Assembly (NCBI GenBank): GCA_010405405.1
Contig: MU004237.1
Span: 782,191-846,190, forward strand
DNA from: Microthyrium microscopicum
Taxonomy: Eukaryota
DNA: 64,000 nucleotides
Direction of reading: 5' to 3'
How positions within the stretch are numbered: the first letter of the stretch is position 1; each line of letters starts with the position of its first letter. Below are positions 39,280 to 51,648 of the stretch, piece by piece. Under the pieces are notes generated by a model, which saw only the letters and a list, made by a program, of their open reading frames with translations, had not been told where the DNA came from and did not search any database. Made by a program: the position numbers and the translations under genes.

Positions 39280-41100
39280 TCAACCACCACTCTGCCTAAT
39301 CTTCCAAAGCAACTTCTCATTCATCCCCACAATCACCTTAACCAAATCCCAATCCCCATCCGCACCCACCCAATCACAAACAACAACCCCCGTACTCCAA
39401 TCCCCCTCCTTCTCCCCAACAACATGCTCCACACACAAAAATCGCACCACCGCCGGATTCACCCGCGCTGCAATCTTTTCTGGCCAACAACCTACACGCC
39501 AGAAATTCGATGCGCTGAGGAAGTTTAGATGTAATTTGGTAGCCTCTGTGGCTTGTCTTTCTTGGACTTCAAGATTTTCCTCACTTCTCTCGATTCCCTC
39601 ACTTCTCTCGATTCCCTCACTTCTCTCGATTCCCTCACTTCTCTCGGTGCCCTCGCTTCGCTCGGAGTGGTTGTGTACTAAAGCACCCGATCGTCCCAAA
39701 TGCTCACAACAAGCACCAATCTTCTCATCAATGTTCACAGCTTCAAGGACTTCGCAGAAATCTTGTACGCACACGTCATTCGCGATACAGTTCTTTGTGT
39801 TATATTGCCAGCCCTCTGCGTCGATGCCGATGTTTTCACTGTCTTCTTCTAGACTGAAGCGGCGCATAAGTACCATTTTGCCGCGGGCTGTGCCGAGAGT
39901 CGGTATACCTGGTTTTGTGTACCACTTCTCTTTATCGTGCAGATAGTGTTTGCGGAGGATACTGGACAATTGGGCATCGGTATGTTCGCCTGGACCCTCG
40001 CGTTTTAAGCAGACGATGACGGTTTCGGAGGGATGGGTGGCTAGGAAGGCTGTTATGGTGTTTAGGAGGGATGTGAGTGGTTTGGCGCCGGTTAGTGAGA
40101 TGGGGAAGACGCCGTGGACTAGATTTAGCACTGGGGAACCGGGACTGGTGGGTTGGACGCGCACGTCGAAGAAGCGGATGCCGTGGAGGAGTTGGTCGGC
40201 TGGATTGACTGCTTGGCAGCGTACGGAGGGGAGTGCGGTGTAGCATGTTGGTGTGTTGTGTGTGCCGGGTAGACTTAGTGCGCTTAGGGGCAGGTGGGAG
40301 GGGACAGCGGATTGCCAGTTTGATAGATCGAGGGGTGGTAGAATTGTCAAGTGGTCTGGAGTATAGATTGTGCTGTATTGGGTGGGGGAGTCGGTGAGAG
40401 GGTGGAGATGTTGGCTGTGGGAATTGCTGGGCGGGAGGTCGCATGTGTAGCGGATGGGGAGACCAGCTTGGCTTTCGAGGGTCAGACGGATGATGGATTC
40501 GATGGCTGTGTCGGTAGTGATGGTTGTGAATGGTGGGATGGCAACGGTAACATCTGAACTGCTGGCACTTTGCATGCCGGATGGCGGTTCGGTTGCTATA
40601 AGTGCTGGCCGCTTTGCGAAGAACACAGTGGTCGTGACATTGCTGGCGAAACGGCTCATAGTTGAAATAGGCTTGGGCTCGAAGTGCTCAACGCCTACAA
40701 GCGTGAACGCTTCCGAAGTGAGGTTCCGGATACATAGTGGCATGTTTGAAGGTATCGGCTTCCTACGTCCAAATAGAGATCTTCCAGAGGTTGTAGACTT
40801 GGACGAGCGGCGAGATTTTGCGACCTGAATTCCTTGCTCTTTAATAACTACTTTGCGTGTGGGCTTCGACCTGCTATCCGGCTTAAGATGGCCGGTGATG
40901 TTCTTTAGACGATTACAAACGCTTTGAGGGCGAACGGGCGTATTTACTGCCTGTTTCGTGTTGTACTGAGAGTTGCCTGCATCTGGAAGAGACGGTTGTG
41001 GTTGTGAAGGCGACTGTGATTGGTTAGTGTCAAGCTCTGCCGTGGTTAACATTTTGATCGCGCGAATGATTGCAAGTCCTGATCTAGCATCATAAGACAA
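39280..41100 (-). CDS. Phosphatidylinositol-specific phospholipase C (PI-PLC X domain, bacterial-like fungal type)
   Basis: LSALSLPGTHN, CQ, GIRFFDVR, LVHG, PSETVIVCLKRE, ARGKMVLMRRF, VQDF and GVVVCDW. The true start codon is uncertain. Confidence 0.88.
   Translation of the reverse strand: MSYDARSGLAIIRAIKMLTTAELDTNQSQSPSQPQPSLPDAGNSQYNTKQAVNTPVRPQSVCNRLKNITGHLKPDSRSKPTRKVVIKEQGIQVAKSRRSSKSTTSGRSLFGRRKPIPSNMPLCIRNLTSEAFTLVGVEHFEPKPISTMSRFASNVTTTVFFAKRPALIATEPPSGMQSASSSDVTVAIPPFTTITTDTAIESIIRLTLESQAGLPIRYTCDLPPSNSHSQHLHPLTDSPTQYSTIYTPDHLTILPPLDLSNWQSAVPSHLPLSALSLPGTHNTPTCYTALPSVRCQAVNPADQLLHGIRFFDVRVQPTSPGSPVLNLVHGVFPISLTGAKPLTSLLNTITAFLATHPSETVIVCLKREGPGEHTDAQLSSILRKHYLHDKEKWYTKPGIPTLGTARGKMVLMRRFSLEEDSENIGIDAEGWQYNTKNCIANDVCVQDFCEVLEAVNIDEKIGACCEHLGRSGALVHNHSERSEGTERSEGIERSEGIERSEGIERSEENLEVQERQATEATKLHLNFLSASNFWRVGCWPEKIAARVNPAVVRFLCVEHVVGEKEGDWSTGVVVCDWVGADGDWDLVKVIVGMNEKLLWKIRQSGG
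39580..39665. repeat. Coding 18-bp minisatellite (SEG[IT]ER) in the PI-PLC gene
   Basis: CTCACTTCTCTCGATTCC three times plus two degenerate copies. Confidence 0.9.
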
Positions 41101-41615
41101 GTATTCTAGAGTATATCAAGCCGCTCTTGAATTTATCAGAAAGACATTGTAGATCACGGAGAATTAATTACGAGGATGCGATCATATAGCAGGGATTCAA
41201 TGGTTCGGTGTATATAGAGTCTATATTGGATTCAGATCACACAGATCACTTCACGTTCGGTGTCAAGAAACAACAGACAATGGTGTACAATTAAAGCCCG
41301 TATCAGGGCTGATGACTGCAAGACTAAAAGATGTAGGAGGAAATATAGCTAGAGCACCACACTGGGCTCTAAGCTTTTCCCGTCCCTGAACGCCATGACT
41401 GCTCGTTGGAGAAACGTGTAGTCGAAGAAAACCCCACTAATGCTATGATCCGTTCCGCCTTTGAACTTATGTGTTGCACCCGGGTATCAATGATAAGTAA
41501 TAAAAGCCTAATCCCAGTGACGCGTGCCTGGCTGAAGATAATTGCTAGAGATGCATATTGTAACAGGTTATGGTTAGGCGATATCAATTGACAAAGCTGA
41601 CGAGTTGAGCTTCGG

Positions 41616-43956
41616 TCAATTGACGATGTCATTGATGGATATTCTCCGTGGTACTTTCTGTGGCGTGATTGGTTCAAATGGAGGAGATTTCGGTTCTGGT
41701 TGAATAATCGGGGCGGAATTGTCTTTGGCATTGCTTGAAACCGGTCGCAAAGCTGGAGGTGTATCCTGGTCTTTGCTGTCATTTGCCAGGTTCGTAATGC
41801 TGAGGCTGGATGGCTTCTTCACATCTTCCCCAGCCTGATTGAGCGAAGTTTTTGAGGCTTTCCATTTCAGAGTGTTTGGCCCAGCGGCTGCAGCAGAGCT
41901 CTTGGTGGGCTTGGCTTTCTGTGCTTGCTTCTGAGCCTTTGTAGGGCCCTTGACAAATTTGACATTGGACTTTGGAGGACGGCCACGCTTTGCAGGTGCC
42001 ATCTTTGCTTTTGTCTCAGTCTTGACAAGATTCAATCCAAAATCGATCTTGGGCACGTTCATAGCCGCGGAAGGAACCGAGGTCGCGCGACTAGACACTG
42101 GGGTTGGAATAGAATCCTCAGCAATCTGTTTCTTCGGTGTTTTCGTCGGAGACGGTGGAATAGCCACGACAACAGAGCTCTGGGATTTCATACGATCGGC
42201 TTCTTCCTTCGTAGGGTAGTCGTCCGCAGGCTCGTCCCAGTGTCTCATAGCCGCGAATTTGGCCACTTCGTCGCATGGCCCTCGCACTGTGAGATCCCAA
42301 TCAAAGTCCTTGCTTGGTGGTGGAGGATCTTGATTGATCCATATAGTAAGACCATCTCGGCGACTTCGAACAATACCGCAGACTTCTTTAATAAAGCGTT
42401 TGACCCCAGGAATCTTCAAAGTTGTCCCCACAACAATCAAACAATCTGGTCGAGTTCGCATATCAGCCTTCATAACTGCACCAATCGCTTCGTCATCCGG
42501 ATTGTGCTCATTGTAAAGAACCATTCGTGGTCGAAGTCGTCCAATTCCGTGGCTTCGTTTTCCGGCGTGTTCGGTACGTGCGTTGTCTGCCTCTTCGCAC
42601 ATCCCACATGTTGGTGGTTCAGGACCATCAAAAAGTTCTGCATCTAGCTCTTCCATGAAATTGCATTTCGAGCAGACCATTTGCTGTAAGCCACCGTGAA
42701 CCTGGACAGTTTTCGGCCATGGACCTTTTTGTGGAAGAGGAGCTGTGGTTTTCAAAGGATCCATGGATGTATCTAGTCCGTCGACGTTTTGTGTATACAG
42801 CCTTAGTAACCGGCCTTCGTCAGCAAGTGTTGCCAAAAGGTGGTGAAATGCAGTTGGTTGACAGTTTTTGCTCAAGGCTGATAATTCGCGAACCATGTAG
42901 TGGAAAGACGAGGTTGAATTTCCATCCCGATAAACTGAGGCATCGAATAGTTCTTTGCCAGATGACTTTAGATTATGCTGTTTCTTGAGAGATTTGAATA
43001 GACCTTTGGAGGATCGAAAGTCGGGAACTGTTCTAGGATTAGTATGTGGTATTGGGGTAATCTAGGGTAAACTTACTGCCTGCAGAAACGGAAATGCCAG
43101 CACCCGCCACAACAACAATTTTTCGACGCTTATTTAGGGCCATGAGAAGTTTTTGCAGTTCGGCTTTCTGCTCAATTTCAATGTTCTTCTCCTTGAGATT
43201 GAGAAATTGTGGGATCCTCGGTTTCGGTTCGTAGCTTGTCCGCCTCCGCTTAGCAGGGGGAGTGTCGTTGTCATTGTCATCGGGACGACGTGAATCTGGA
43301 GCAGGCGATGCAGCCGATGACGAAGGCACCGAGGATAATTGTGAAGACATTGGCGAAGGATAGGCAGCGCCAAAGTCTGATGGTGGAGTAGGAGAGCGCG
43401 CAAAGTTTGAAAGAGGAGAACTAGATCCATCGCTGCTCATGGTTGATATAGTGTCAAGAGGCGAGGGCGCGGCACATGCATCGTTGGCAGCCATCGTGAT
43501 GTCAGTGAATTGGGAGGAAGTAACGATTGTAGATGGTTCTGACGGGGCAGGCGCGAGGTTAGGCAACCCTATAGGTGCTGGTGAAGGCGCTCGAGAAGGC
43601 ATGGAAGGTGAAATCTTGGATCGCGTTAAGCGGTTGGAAATGACGCGGGGAGTGCGAATTATGGCATTTCCGAAGTATTTAGCAGTTGACCAAAGGCGAG
43701 ATGGAGTGGCCGACGGGCTGAGGTGGTCTAAACAATTGAGCTTGGTGTTGTTGGAGGAAGAAGGAGGATTGTTGGGTGGTGTTGGGGATGAAAGGTGGTT
43801 GACTTTGGGTGGATCTTCCTCGGCGTGTGCAATAAGGGAGCACTGGGAGCCAGAAAGGCGGAGAGGAGGATCCATGTCTGCACCATCTGCACTCGCTGTG
43901 TTTACGCTGGCAAGCCGCTTTGTTTTGGCCTTGGCGGCCCGTGTATTCATTCCCAT
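41616..43956 (-). CDS. HST4: NAD-dependent deacetylase, Sir2 family, Hst3/Hst4 class
   Basis: GAGISVSAG|IPDFRS across intron 43076-43028; YTQNVDGL, HGG, Zn Cys pairs, RPRMVLYNE and VVGTTLKIPG. The start codon is uncertain. Confidence 0.85.
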
Positions 43957-44033
43957 ATTGTCCACTTATACAACCAATTGCCGGTCTGATATAGCTCCGA
44001 TCAGATTCAAATACTTATAAATGTGGTCGCCTA

Positions 44034-44179
44034 CCGTTTTCTTCCATCAAGTTCGAACGTGTTAGCGCGCTTTTTTTGCTAGTGGCGCTTTGAAGTTAGG
44101 TAGTAACTCGCTATTGCTTACGGACAAACCTCCCCTAAAAAACCGCGCTAACACGTTCGAACTTGACGGAAGAAAACGG
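44034..44179. mobile_element. 146-bp Tc1/mariner-type MITE with 36-bp TIRs and TA TSD
   Basis: CCGTTTTCTTCCATCAAGTTCGAACGTGTTAGCGCG (44034-44069) versus the reverse complement of 44144-44179 has one mismatch. TA at 44032-33 and 44180-81. Confidence 0.82.
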
Positions 44180-44818
44180 TAAACTTGATAAAATCATTCA
44201 CCAGTTTCGTAAAGGCAGCGCGTTTGTTTTGGGCTCTGATTATGGAGCTGCCGCTGCTGGTCAAAGGGCTGCATGGGAAGGCTAGTTGCAAGGTAGCCAG
44301 GATGTTGTATCGAGTATTGCAAAGAATCGCGACGCGAGTAAGGTGAAATAACAAAGTTGAAATGAAAAGCTAGCGCTCGAATAAAACAATCGCCTTGAAC
44401 AATACTTTATTCATGTATTGTGGATTGTCAATTGTATGAAGTCTTATGGTGTTGAGAAGTTTAAAGATCGCAGGGCAGTCGCGACTGACGCTGATTCCTT
44501 CGTGCCTTCCTCCCGCTGCACGCTAACTGGCTGTAAGAGGCTAAGAGCTGCTCTTGCCTTGCTTGAACACGCGAAGATCCCTGTTCCCTGTTTCTGCGCT
44601 AATCCCCTTCGGGTTTTACTATTCTTCGACATGTTTGACCAGACCAATGCCTAGAAGCTTTTCATCATCCATACCAATATCCAGCATTCTCATTGCCTTA
44701 GCCCACAAATCCATTTATCATGAATCTAATTACAAGAAAGATCCGACCTACCTAGCTATCACACAAATATTTCTACCACTCCAAACAAGCACTGTCTGCT
44801 AGACAAGACCATCATATA

Positions 44819-47800
44819 ATGTTGGCTGATCATGATACTTTGATGGATGATCTATTTGGTGACTCTGAAGCCGTGCAAATTCCTGCTGCTCCACCGCTCC
44901 ATGGCTTAAACCAGCGACTAGACGATCTATCACGGGGCAGTTGCTGCCAGTGAGTCTGATGTATCACTCATCGTTTGCATCGCTAACATATTCCCAGGAG
45001 ACTAGCTTATTCAAGGGAGGGCGCCATTGCCGCAATATCAAAAGATTCAAAATCCATCAGCATTTCCATTTTGAGCCGAAATCCCAGGCATGGCACTTGG
45101 TCTCTGAAGCCGCTCAACGTCATTACTCCTGAACTTGGAGATGAGGGTTCAGCGTCCATCGTTCACATCGCGTGGAGCCCACTTGGCGGTGATTTGGCAA
45201 TAGTGGATGATGCTGGCCAAATATGCATATATCGTTCATTTCAGGTTCTCGGTCAGATGAGACTCCAGCCTCAAAAGTCACTTGTTATCGAACATGACTT
45301 TCGTTCCATCGTTGGCTTTCACTGGTTTGGGGTCTTTCCTCATAGTCGTAGTGTAAGATGAGTCTAAATCAATATCACAATTTACTGATCCCTAGCAGAC
45401 TGGTGTGTGTTGGTCAGCAACCCGAACTGGCGCCAACTGGCAATACGACACGAAACACAGCGTTGGACCAGTTGGTCCTTGTAATCCTATCAAATCTGGC
45501 AATGCATTTCTATCCTTGTCTCGAGGAGGAGTATTAAAGCTTTTCTTTGCTCTTCAAGATGGTACATACAGCGTTCAATCTTGCACTCTGGATGGCGCAC
45601 CACACATTGCAGATGCAATAAGTCATGCGGCTTTTGCTCCAGATTCGGGTAGGCATGATCTAGTTGTGCTTTTACAATTTACTGATGACAACAGACAATT
45701 CGCTTATGGTAGCAGCATACGACCTATCGCGTCAACTCAAAGTATTTCGCATACACGTCAACTGGAAATACAACGAAAAGGAGCCTCAAGAAGCACCCCG
45801 TCCAAGTCTTGAGGTTGTCCCTCACGCATGGGAAGAATCATGTCATCCCTTGTCGGCAAATTCCATGGGCCAGGACAACTCAACCGCTGGAGGACCAGAT
45901 TCCTCCTATCTTTCTCAAATGACTCATTTAGAATTCTTGGCTCCGGAGAGTTCTGGCAAGACATCTGGAAATCGAGACTCGGTCCCTACAATACTCGCAA
46001 CCTTTTGCAACATACCGAGAGCTGCCACCATGGTATATGATCCATTAAATCGATATCAAAACGCCGCAAGTGTGGTTTGTCGCTGGCATCTAAAGGCTGT
46101 TAAGTTGCCACCCGTGTTGGCTGTATTCGATGAAATACAGGCTATGTATTTCAAAAATGTTCCAGGTTTGATCAAATCTTCCGAACAGACAATAAAGGTT
46201 AGTGCACATCCATCTGTATTCCTCAAATCATATTGGTGCTGAACTAACTTGTCTTTAGCAAGAACTTCAGCTGGAAAGGCTCTCCGATGTCCATCTGCAT
46301 TCAATAGTACTCTCGCAAACTATCTTGAGGCATAACACGCTTCTTGGATTTGCGATGAGCGATGGTGCCATAGAGTTCCGATTTAGAGAATCCATGGAAC
46401 TGGCTTCCGCCGATGGTAACTATGAAGAAGTCTCGACATTACCGCAATCAGGCTTTAGTTTTCCTCAAGGAGAGCCAGGTATGTGTCTTCACTCGGTACA
46501 GGCATTATCTGACGACTTTCAGTTCTCAATGTTGCACTGTCACCAAACTTTTGCTGTGCTCTCGCCATGAATACAGATGGTAAAGTCAAATTGAGACGCA
46601 TGGAGTATTCCGTGGACAGTCTAGGGTCTCTGAATGAAGATCAGCGTATGTTAATGCCCAGTGTACACGACTCTAGTCTAACATTCTCTTGTAGCGCAAT
46701 TCGGGGCTATATCTGCACTACTGGCATCATCTGTTACCTCCTCCTTCATTGGATACTGTACAGTTGATGATATTCTTGCCATACTTCCCCCAGACATCCC
46801 AATTAGTAAGTCATGACTCTCTTCATCCAAAAGTGATCGCTCATTCTTTTAGCACTCGCAAATGCCATAGCAGAACAACTCTTCATGGCTTGTTCTGCAG
46901 TTCCAACAGGCAGCATCGATTTCCTCAACCCCAAAAATCAGACCACGGCATACTTCCTCAAGTCTACTATGTTACAGCGCTGTATATCATTCCACTACGC
47001 ACTATCACCAATGGAACACGGCTGTCTCAGCATCAATGCCAAACTTGCCTGGACCCTCTTCAACATGAAAAGCGTGATCGCAAGTCTCTACTATTGCACC
47101 AATCCCGAACCCAGTTGGCGGATTGAGATTGCGAATACTATGCTTGGAAATATCCGCTATGCTACTGGTGTAGTTGGATTTATACTTCAAGAAATCAGCA
47201 ATCTCCGCCACGACCTGGGAGACAATGGGCTCAACGATCACGCCGCCATCGCCGAGAAGAGTAAGCCGCCCCCCATCCGCCACCACCCCATCTCCCTCTA
47301 TCCAATTGCCCAATATAACTAACACACAAGCAGTCAAAGCCAGTGGCTCCCCCGCCCTGCTCTTCATCTTCTGTTCTCTCCCGCGCAAAACACTCCGTCA
47401 ATGCCTAAACCTCCTCCAAAAACTCTGGGACCTCACCAACAAGAACATGAACACCCCCTCCGAGACCAACCCCCAACTCCAGCAACAATGGAAACAATTC
47501 GCTAGCGAGCTAGTCAGAAATTGTCCACATTTCAACCTTGTTTTTAAAACGCATGATTTCCTCGACCAAGAACAAGCTCCCGAAAAACGCCGCCGCAACC
47601 CGCTCGAAACGCTTCTTGTCGAACTCGATGGCTATCTGGCTAGAGCTTATGAGAAATCGAATTACTCGGATGCGGATAGATTGAGTTCGGAAATGCGCAT
47701 GTTTGTCCGCGCAGAGATCTCGCCGTCGCTTTTGCCTATTGCGGGCGCCCTGCTTAAGAAGATGGAGGGACTGGGTCGGTACTATGATCAGGGCGCGTTG

Positions 47801-48100
47801 TATAGGCTCGATACGAGCTTTCTAGGCGCCTGGGGCGCTCTAGCAATCACAGCGGAGAAGAGACGGTGGGATTCCGTGCGCAAGAGCGAGTATGGGATGC
47901 AAGCGAGAGTCAGACGATGTCCAAGATGTGCGAGTGTCATGGAAGAGGTTAGACAGGGCGATCCAGCGGTCCTGTGGATGACTGTTATGGGGGCCCTCAG
48001 GAGTTGCAATTGTGGCAACTCGTGGGCGGTGGGCCAGATGGATGAGGAGAGGAAGAGCAATGGTGATGTGGTGAGGGTCAAGAGGGAGCGAGAGGATTAG
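44819..48100 (+). CDS. MED16: Mediator complex subunit 16 (Sin4)
   Basis: Multi-exon gene. N-terminal DDLFG...RLDDL..GSCCQ, HIAWSPLG, ISHAAF; C-terminal WDSVRK...RRCPRCASVME...CNCGNSW, typical of fungal Med16. Confidence 0.82.
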
Positions 48101-48217
48101 AAGGACTCTGAACCCGTTGAGATGTTCAATGCGTGGTGGAGACAGTTGAGGGAGATGGGAAATTGTTCGTGGTGAGTTTTACTGGACCTTGCGTTGATAT
48201 AATGGCTAGCATAGCAC

Positions 48218-48269
48218 TTGATGGTAGCCATCGCGGTTGATGGTAGCCATCGCGGTTGATGGTAGCCAT
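48218..48269. repeat. 19-bp tandem repeat, 2.7 copies
   Basis: TTGATGGTAGCCATCGCGG repeated downstream of the MED16 stop. Confidence 0.85.
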
Positions 48270-48448
48270 GAATTGCGATATGCTTTGCGTGCTGGAAGGG
48301 TCACTTGGCCTTTTCAGCACTTGTTGGCTTGGATGGCACGCTTTTATAAATTTAAACTAACAAAGTCAGTCCTTGTCAAGGGGTCCAGAGGCTCTCAAGT
48401 TGTCAATGCAGCTGCCATGCTCGTATAGAATCGCAGACTGCTGCAGTC

Positions 48449-49138
48449 GTGGCAACCGGAGGATTGCGTCAGTATGCGCAGCTTCGGACACAACAAACCA
48501 CTGCAATGCTGCAAGATGCGCTCCAGAAATTAGCAAATGAGCTAGCAGATGAGCAATTAGAGCAAGGGCTGACACTTGAATACCGTGATGAAGTCGAGGT
48601 AAGCTCGACGCCGTTGAGAGAAGACAGCATGCTCCGAGACAACTTTAACACAGGGCCAGATCAAGAAGAACTGGACGAAATTTTGGAAGCAGAGGGAGAG
48701 GAAGACCTGGAAGAAGACCAAGTCATTATCAGCGGCCAGTTTGAAGATTGGTCGACCGGTGGGCCGAACTGCTCATGTCTATGTGCTAGGTGGGAGAAGC
48801 CTGTTAAAAAGTGTTCGTGCCACTGCCATTGGATGGGAACTTCAACTAGTGAAGATATTGCGCATTTGCAGTTACATTCTGGCAGAAGACTTATGCGCGA
48901 CGTGGATGAGGCTTTTCTCATCCGTAAACACGAAAGAGAGGGTTTGGATCGCAGGGAAAGGGCCCGAAAGAGACTGCCTGAGCGCAGGGAAAAGCAGCGC
49001 AAGAAAAGGGCCGATCCCGATGAAAAACGCAAAAGAAGCGAGTACCTCAGGAAGCGGAAGGCCAAAAGAATTGAAGAGATGATGAAGAACTCTGATATCA
49101 AAAATTTTGAGAAGGGAAGAGACGAAAGGTCCACTTGA
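48449..49138 (+). CDS. Hypothetical protein (acidic region, Cys cluster, basic coiled-coil tail)
   Basis: 229-codon open frame with protein-like composition; no family recognised. Confidence 0.45.
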   Translation: MATGGLRQYAQLRTQQTTAMLQDALQKLANELADEQLEQGLTLEYRDEVEVSSTPLREDSMLRDNFNTGPDQEELDEILEAEGEEDLEEDQVIISGQFEDWSTGGPNCSCLCARWEKPVKKCSCHCHWMGTSTSEDIAHLQLHSGRRLMRDVDEAFLIRKHEREGLDRRERARKRLPERREKQRKKRADPDEKRKRSEYLRKRKAKRIEEMMKNSDIKNFEKGRDERST

Positions 49139-49606
49139 GACTACCTTTTTATTTTTGAGTTTACTAACGCATCGCAATGCGTACCTAGTGTTGGCCGATG
49201 TAGGGTAATGAGGGAGGCGACGGTACCAAAGAGAGTAAACATTCTTACGTCCCAAGCGTATGCTACTACACCGGCTAGGAAGTGAACCTTTAGGCCACCA
49301 TTAACCAGAATCGGAATTCTATTCGTTAGATTACCGAGAACCTCTTTGTTGCGATGGTTGTACAGAACTCCGCAGGGCGATGTGCATCGTGGTCTCGTTC
49401 CTAGCATCATTTCGTATTATACCATAGACAAAGAAAGCAGGGAATACGAGAAGAGAAAAGGAAAACCAGTGGTTAGTGTTTAGGAGGTCGCTCTGAATGC
49501 CAGATTAGTATATATTTCGACGGCATGTACTTCCAAGCACACACATCTCTTGAACAAAGATTGCCATTACTGAGCCTCTTCGTTTCCCAGTAGCAGACAT
49601 TAAATC

Positions 49607-50183
49607 ATGGTTTCCTTCGACGTAATTCTTCACTGTCTGTGCGGATATTGGGCACCGCTCAACATCACTGCGGTGTAAGATGCTCCCACTATCTCCAAAT
49701 CCTAAGAGGCTGACGATGCTCACTAGCAATTCCGATGGGAGCGATGCTTCAATCTGGCCAGGCCATTATCCGTCCGGAATGGTCCAATACACTCCTGACG
49801 GTTACTATTCAGTCATCGCCGCTCCAAATGACACAGATTCAACGCTTCGTCCTAAAGGGCTGGTCCAAGGAGTGCCTCCCATTGGCGATGATGCCAACTG
49901 GGCCACTGTTGGTAAATACTCAATGGCAAAAGCTGGCACCTACAGTCTCAGCAACATCACAGCTGGACACGGACATGGCGGACGCGATGGTCTAACTTTT
50001 GAAATGTCAGCGCCAACTCTGACTGCGACTAACCCGCAGGATGTGGGCTCTTCGAACCATTTGACGTTCACCTTCTCGGATAATTGCAAGAGTGTGGTAC
50101 TTGTTGAAGGGCGTGGGACGGTTCCTTGGAAGCTTTATTATGACAAGTTGCCCAAGGTTAAGATCTTTGCTGATGAAGAGTAG
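49607..50183 (+). CDS. Lipocalin-like domain protein
   Basis: Inferred exon 1 from ATG 49607 spliced to the 49680 ORF frame. PSGMVQYTPDGYYSV...YSMAKAGTYS resembles the Lipocalin_5 family. Confidence 0.65.
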
Positions 50184-51165
50184 GTAGTCAGAATTGAGGG
50201 CGTGCGCTATCCTTCGAATTTAGGGTGCCTGTCAGCACCATAAAAACTTCGTTGTATGTTAAGTTTACACAAATTGAAACCTTTCCATCATCATAGCCAA
50301 CCAGTTTCATTCACTGATACAAATCATATGGATCTCAGCCCATATCAAGACTTCATTGGGGAGTAACGCTTACTCAAAAGCAGAAATCCTGAAGATACTT
50401 TAAAGGCTTTCGGTCTCTAGCTGGAGCAAGTCTTCAGCATGTTCAATGGACCAGATGAAACTATGTTTTTTGTGGGGGGACAGTGTGGTACATTGTACTC
50501 TTCATGGGATTAGGGGCAATATCAAGATGGCTCGCTTTGTATGACCCTACGCATGTTCTTTTTATGAATTATTGAACATCAACGAAAAGATGACAGTCTA
50601 GGTGAGATGTGCGAGTTGGGTCTGATTGACACAAAGCATGGAGCAATTCTTGTCCACTCTTTCTCCGGATGCTCATCATATGTGCTGGCCATCATATTAC
50701 TAGAAGACACAAGAACTGCCGTAATTCGACGAACCACGATCGGCGTTCGCCGATATTGTAATGATGTAGGATTTAGGATCACTAACTCTACAAGAGTTCG
50801 GCTCGGATGTCCGCACCACGTAATACTGAGCAGGATTCAGGAACTGCTTTCGTAAAATCAAAGGATCGAACATACGCAATCAACCCATACTTTGATTGCT
50901 TGTAGAAGGTAGTATGAATTCTGGTTACAGCAACCGCTACCATGACATCTCTCGTTCTACATAACACCTGGTGGCGAACGTTACTGAGAATCCTCCTACA
51001 TGTGGTTCGTGTTACTGAACTATTTCGGTAGTTCGTAACACAAAATCAAAACTCAGACTTGCGTTGTGAATTATACCTAGCATATAAGAGTTCGCCTTGA
51101 CGCCCCATACTAGCCGTTTTTCGCCCAACCAAAGCAATCCGCTCACTCTCATCCAATCCATCAAT

Positions 51166-51412
51166 ATGAAATTTGCTTCAATCACTGTCTTCAGCATCAT
51201 GCTTTTGGTCAGTGGAGCTCTTGCTACTCCCAAGGCACTCGACGCCCTACGTTGCCCAAGGGATACATGTCGTGATAATGAATGTAAGATAATTCCACCC
51301 AAAGAGCTAGCATTGTTTACTAATACAGTAAGGCTTCTGCCAGGATCATTCGGTATGCTGCTCAGGCGTGTGCATTGGTGCTGGAGGAAAGAATGGTGGC
51401 ACTTGTCATTAG
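51166..51412 (+). CDS. Small secreted cysteine-rich peptide (65 aa, 8 Cys, knottin-like)
   Basis: Signal peptide MKFASITVFSIMLLVSGALA. Exons 51166-51283 and 51333-51412 give RCPRDTCRDNECFCQDHSVCCSGVCIGAGGKNGGTCH. Confidence 0.7.
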
Positions 51413-51648
51413 AAAATATACATATTCCTGCTCCTATAGGATTTTCACTTTAGTTGTACGAAGTATAGAATTTGTGAACAAAACAATTGCGCTACTTTGC
51501 CTCTCTACTATCTCTCTGAGATGATCCCCACACAGACATCATACATCTTCTTCTCTTCATACAATGATCTTACGTCCATATCTAGCACAGCTATAATACA
51601 CACTCCCTTTCTCCTAATCCACATGCCCGATTCTCCAACGTCCGCCTC

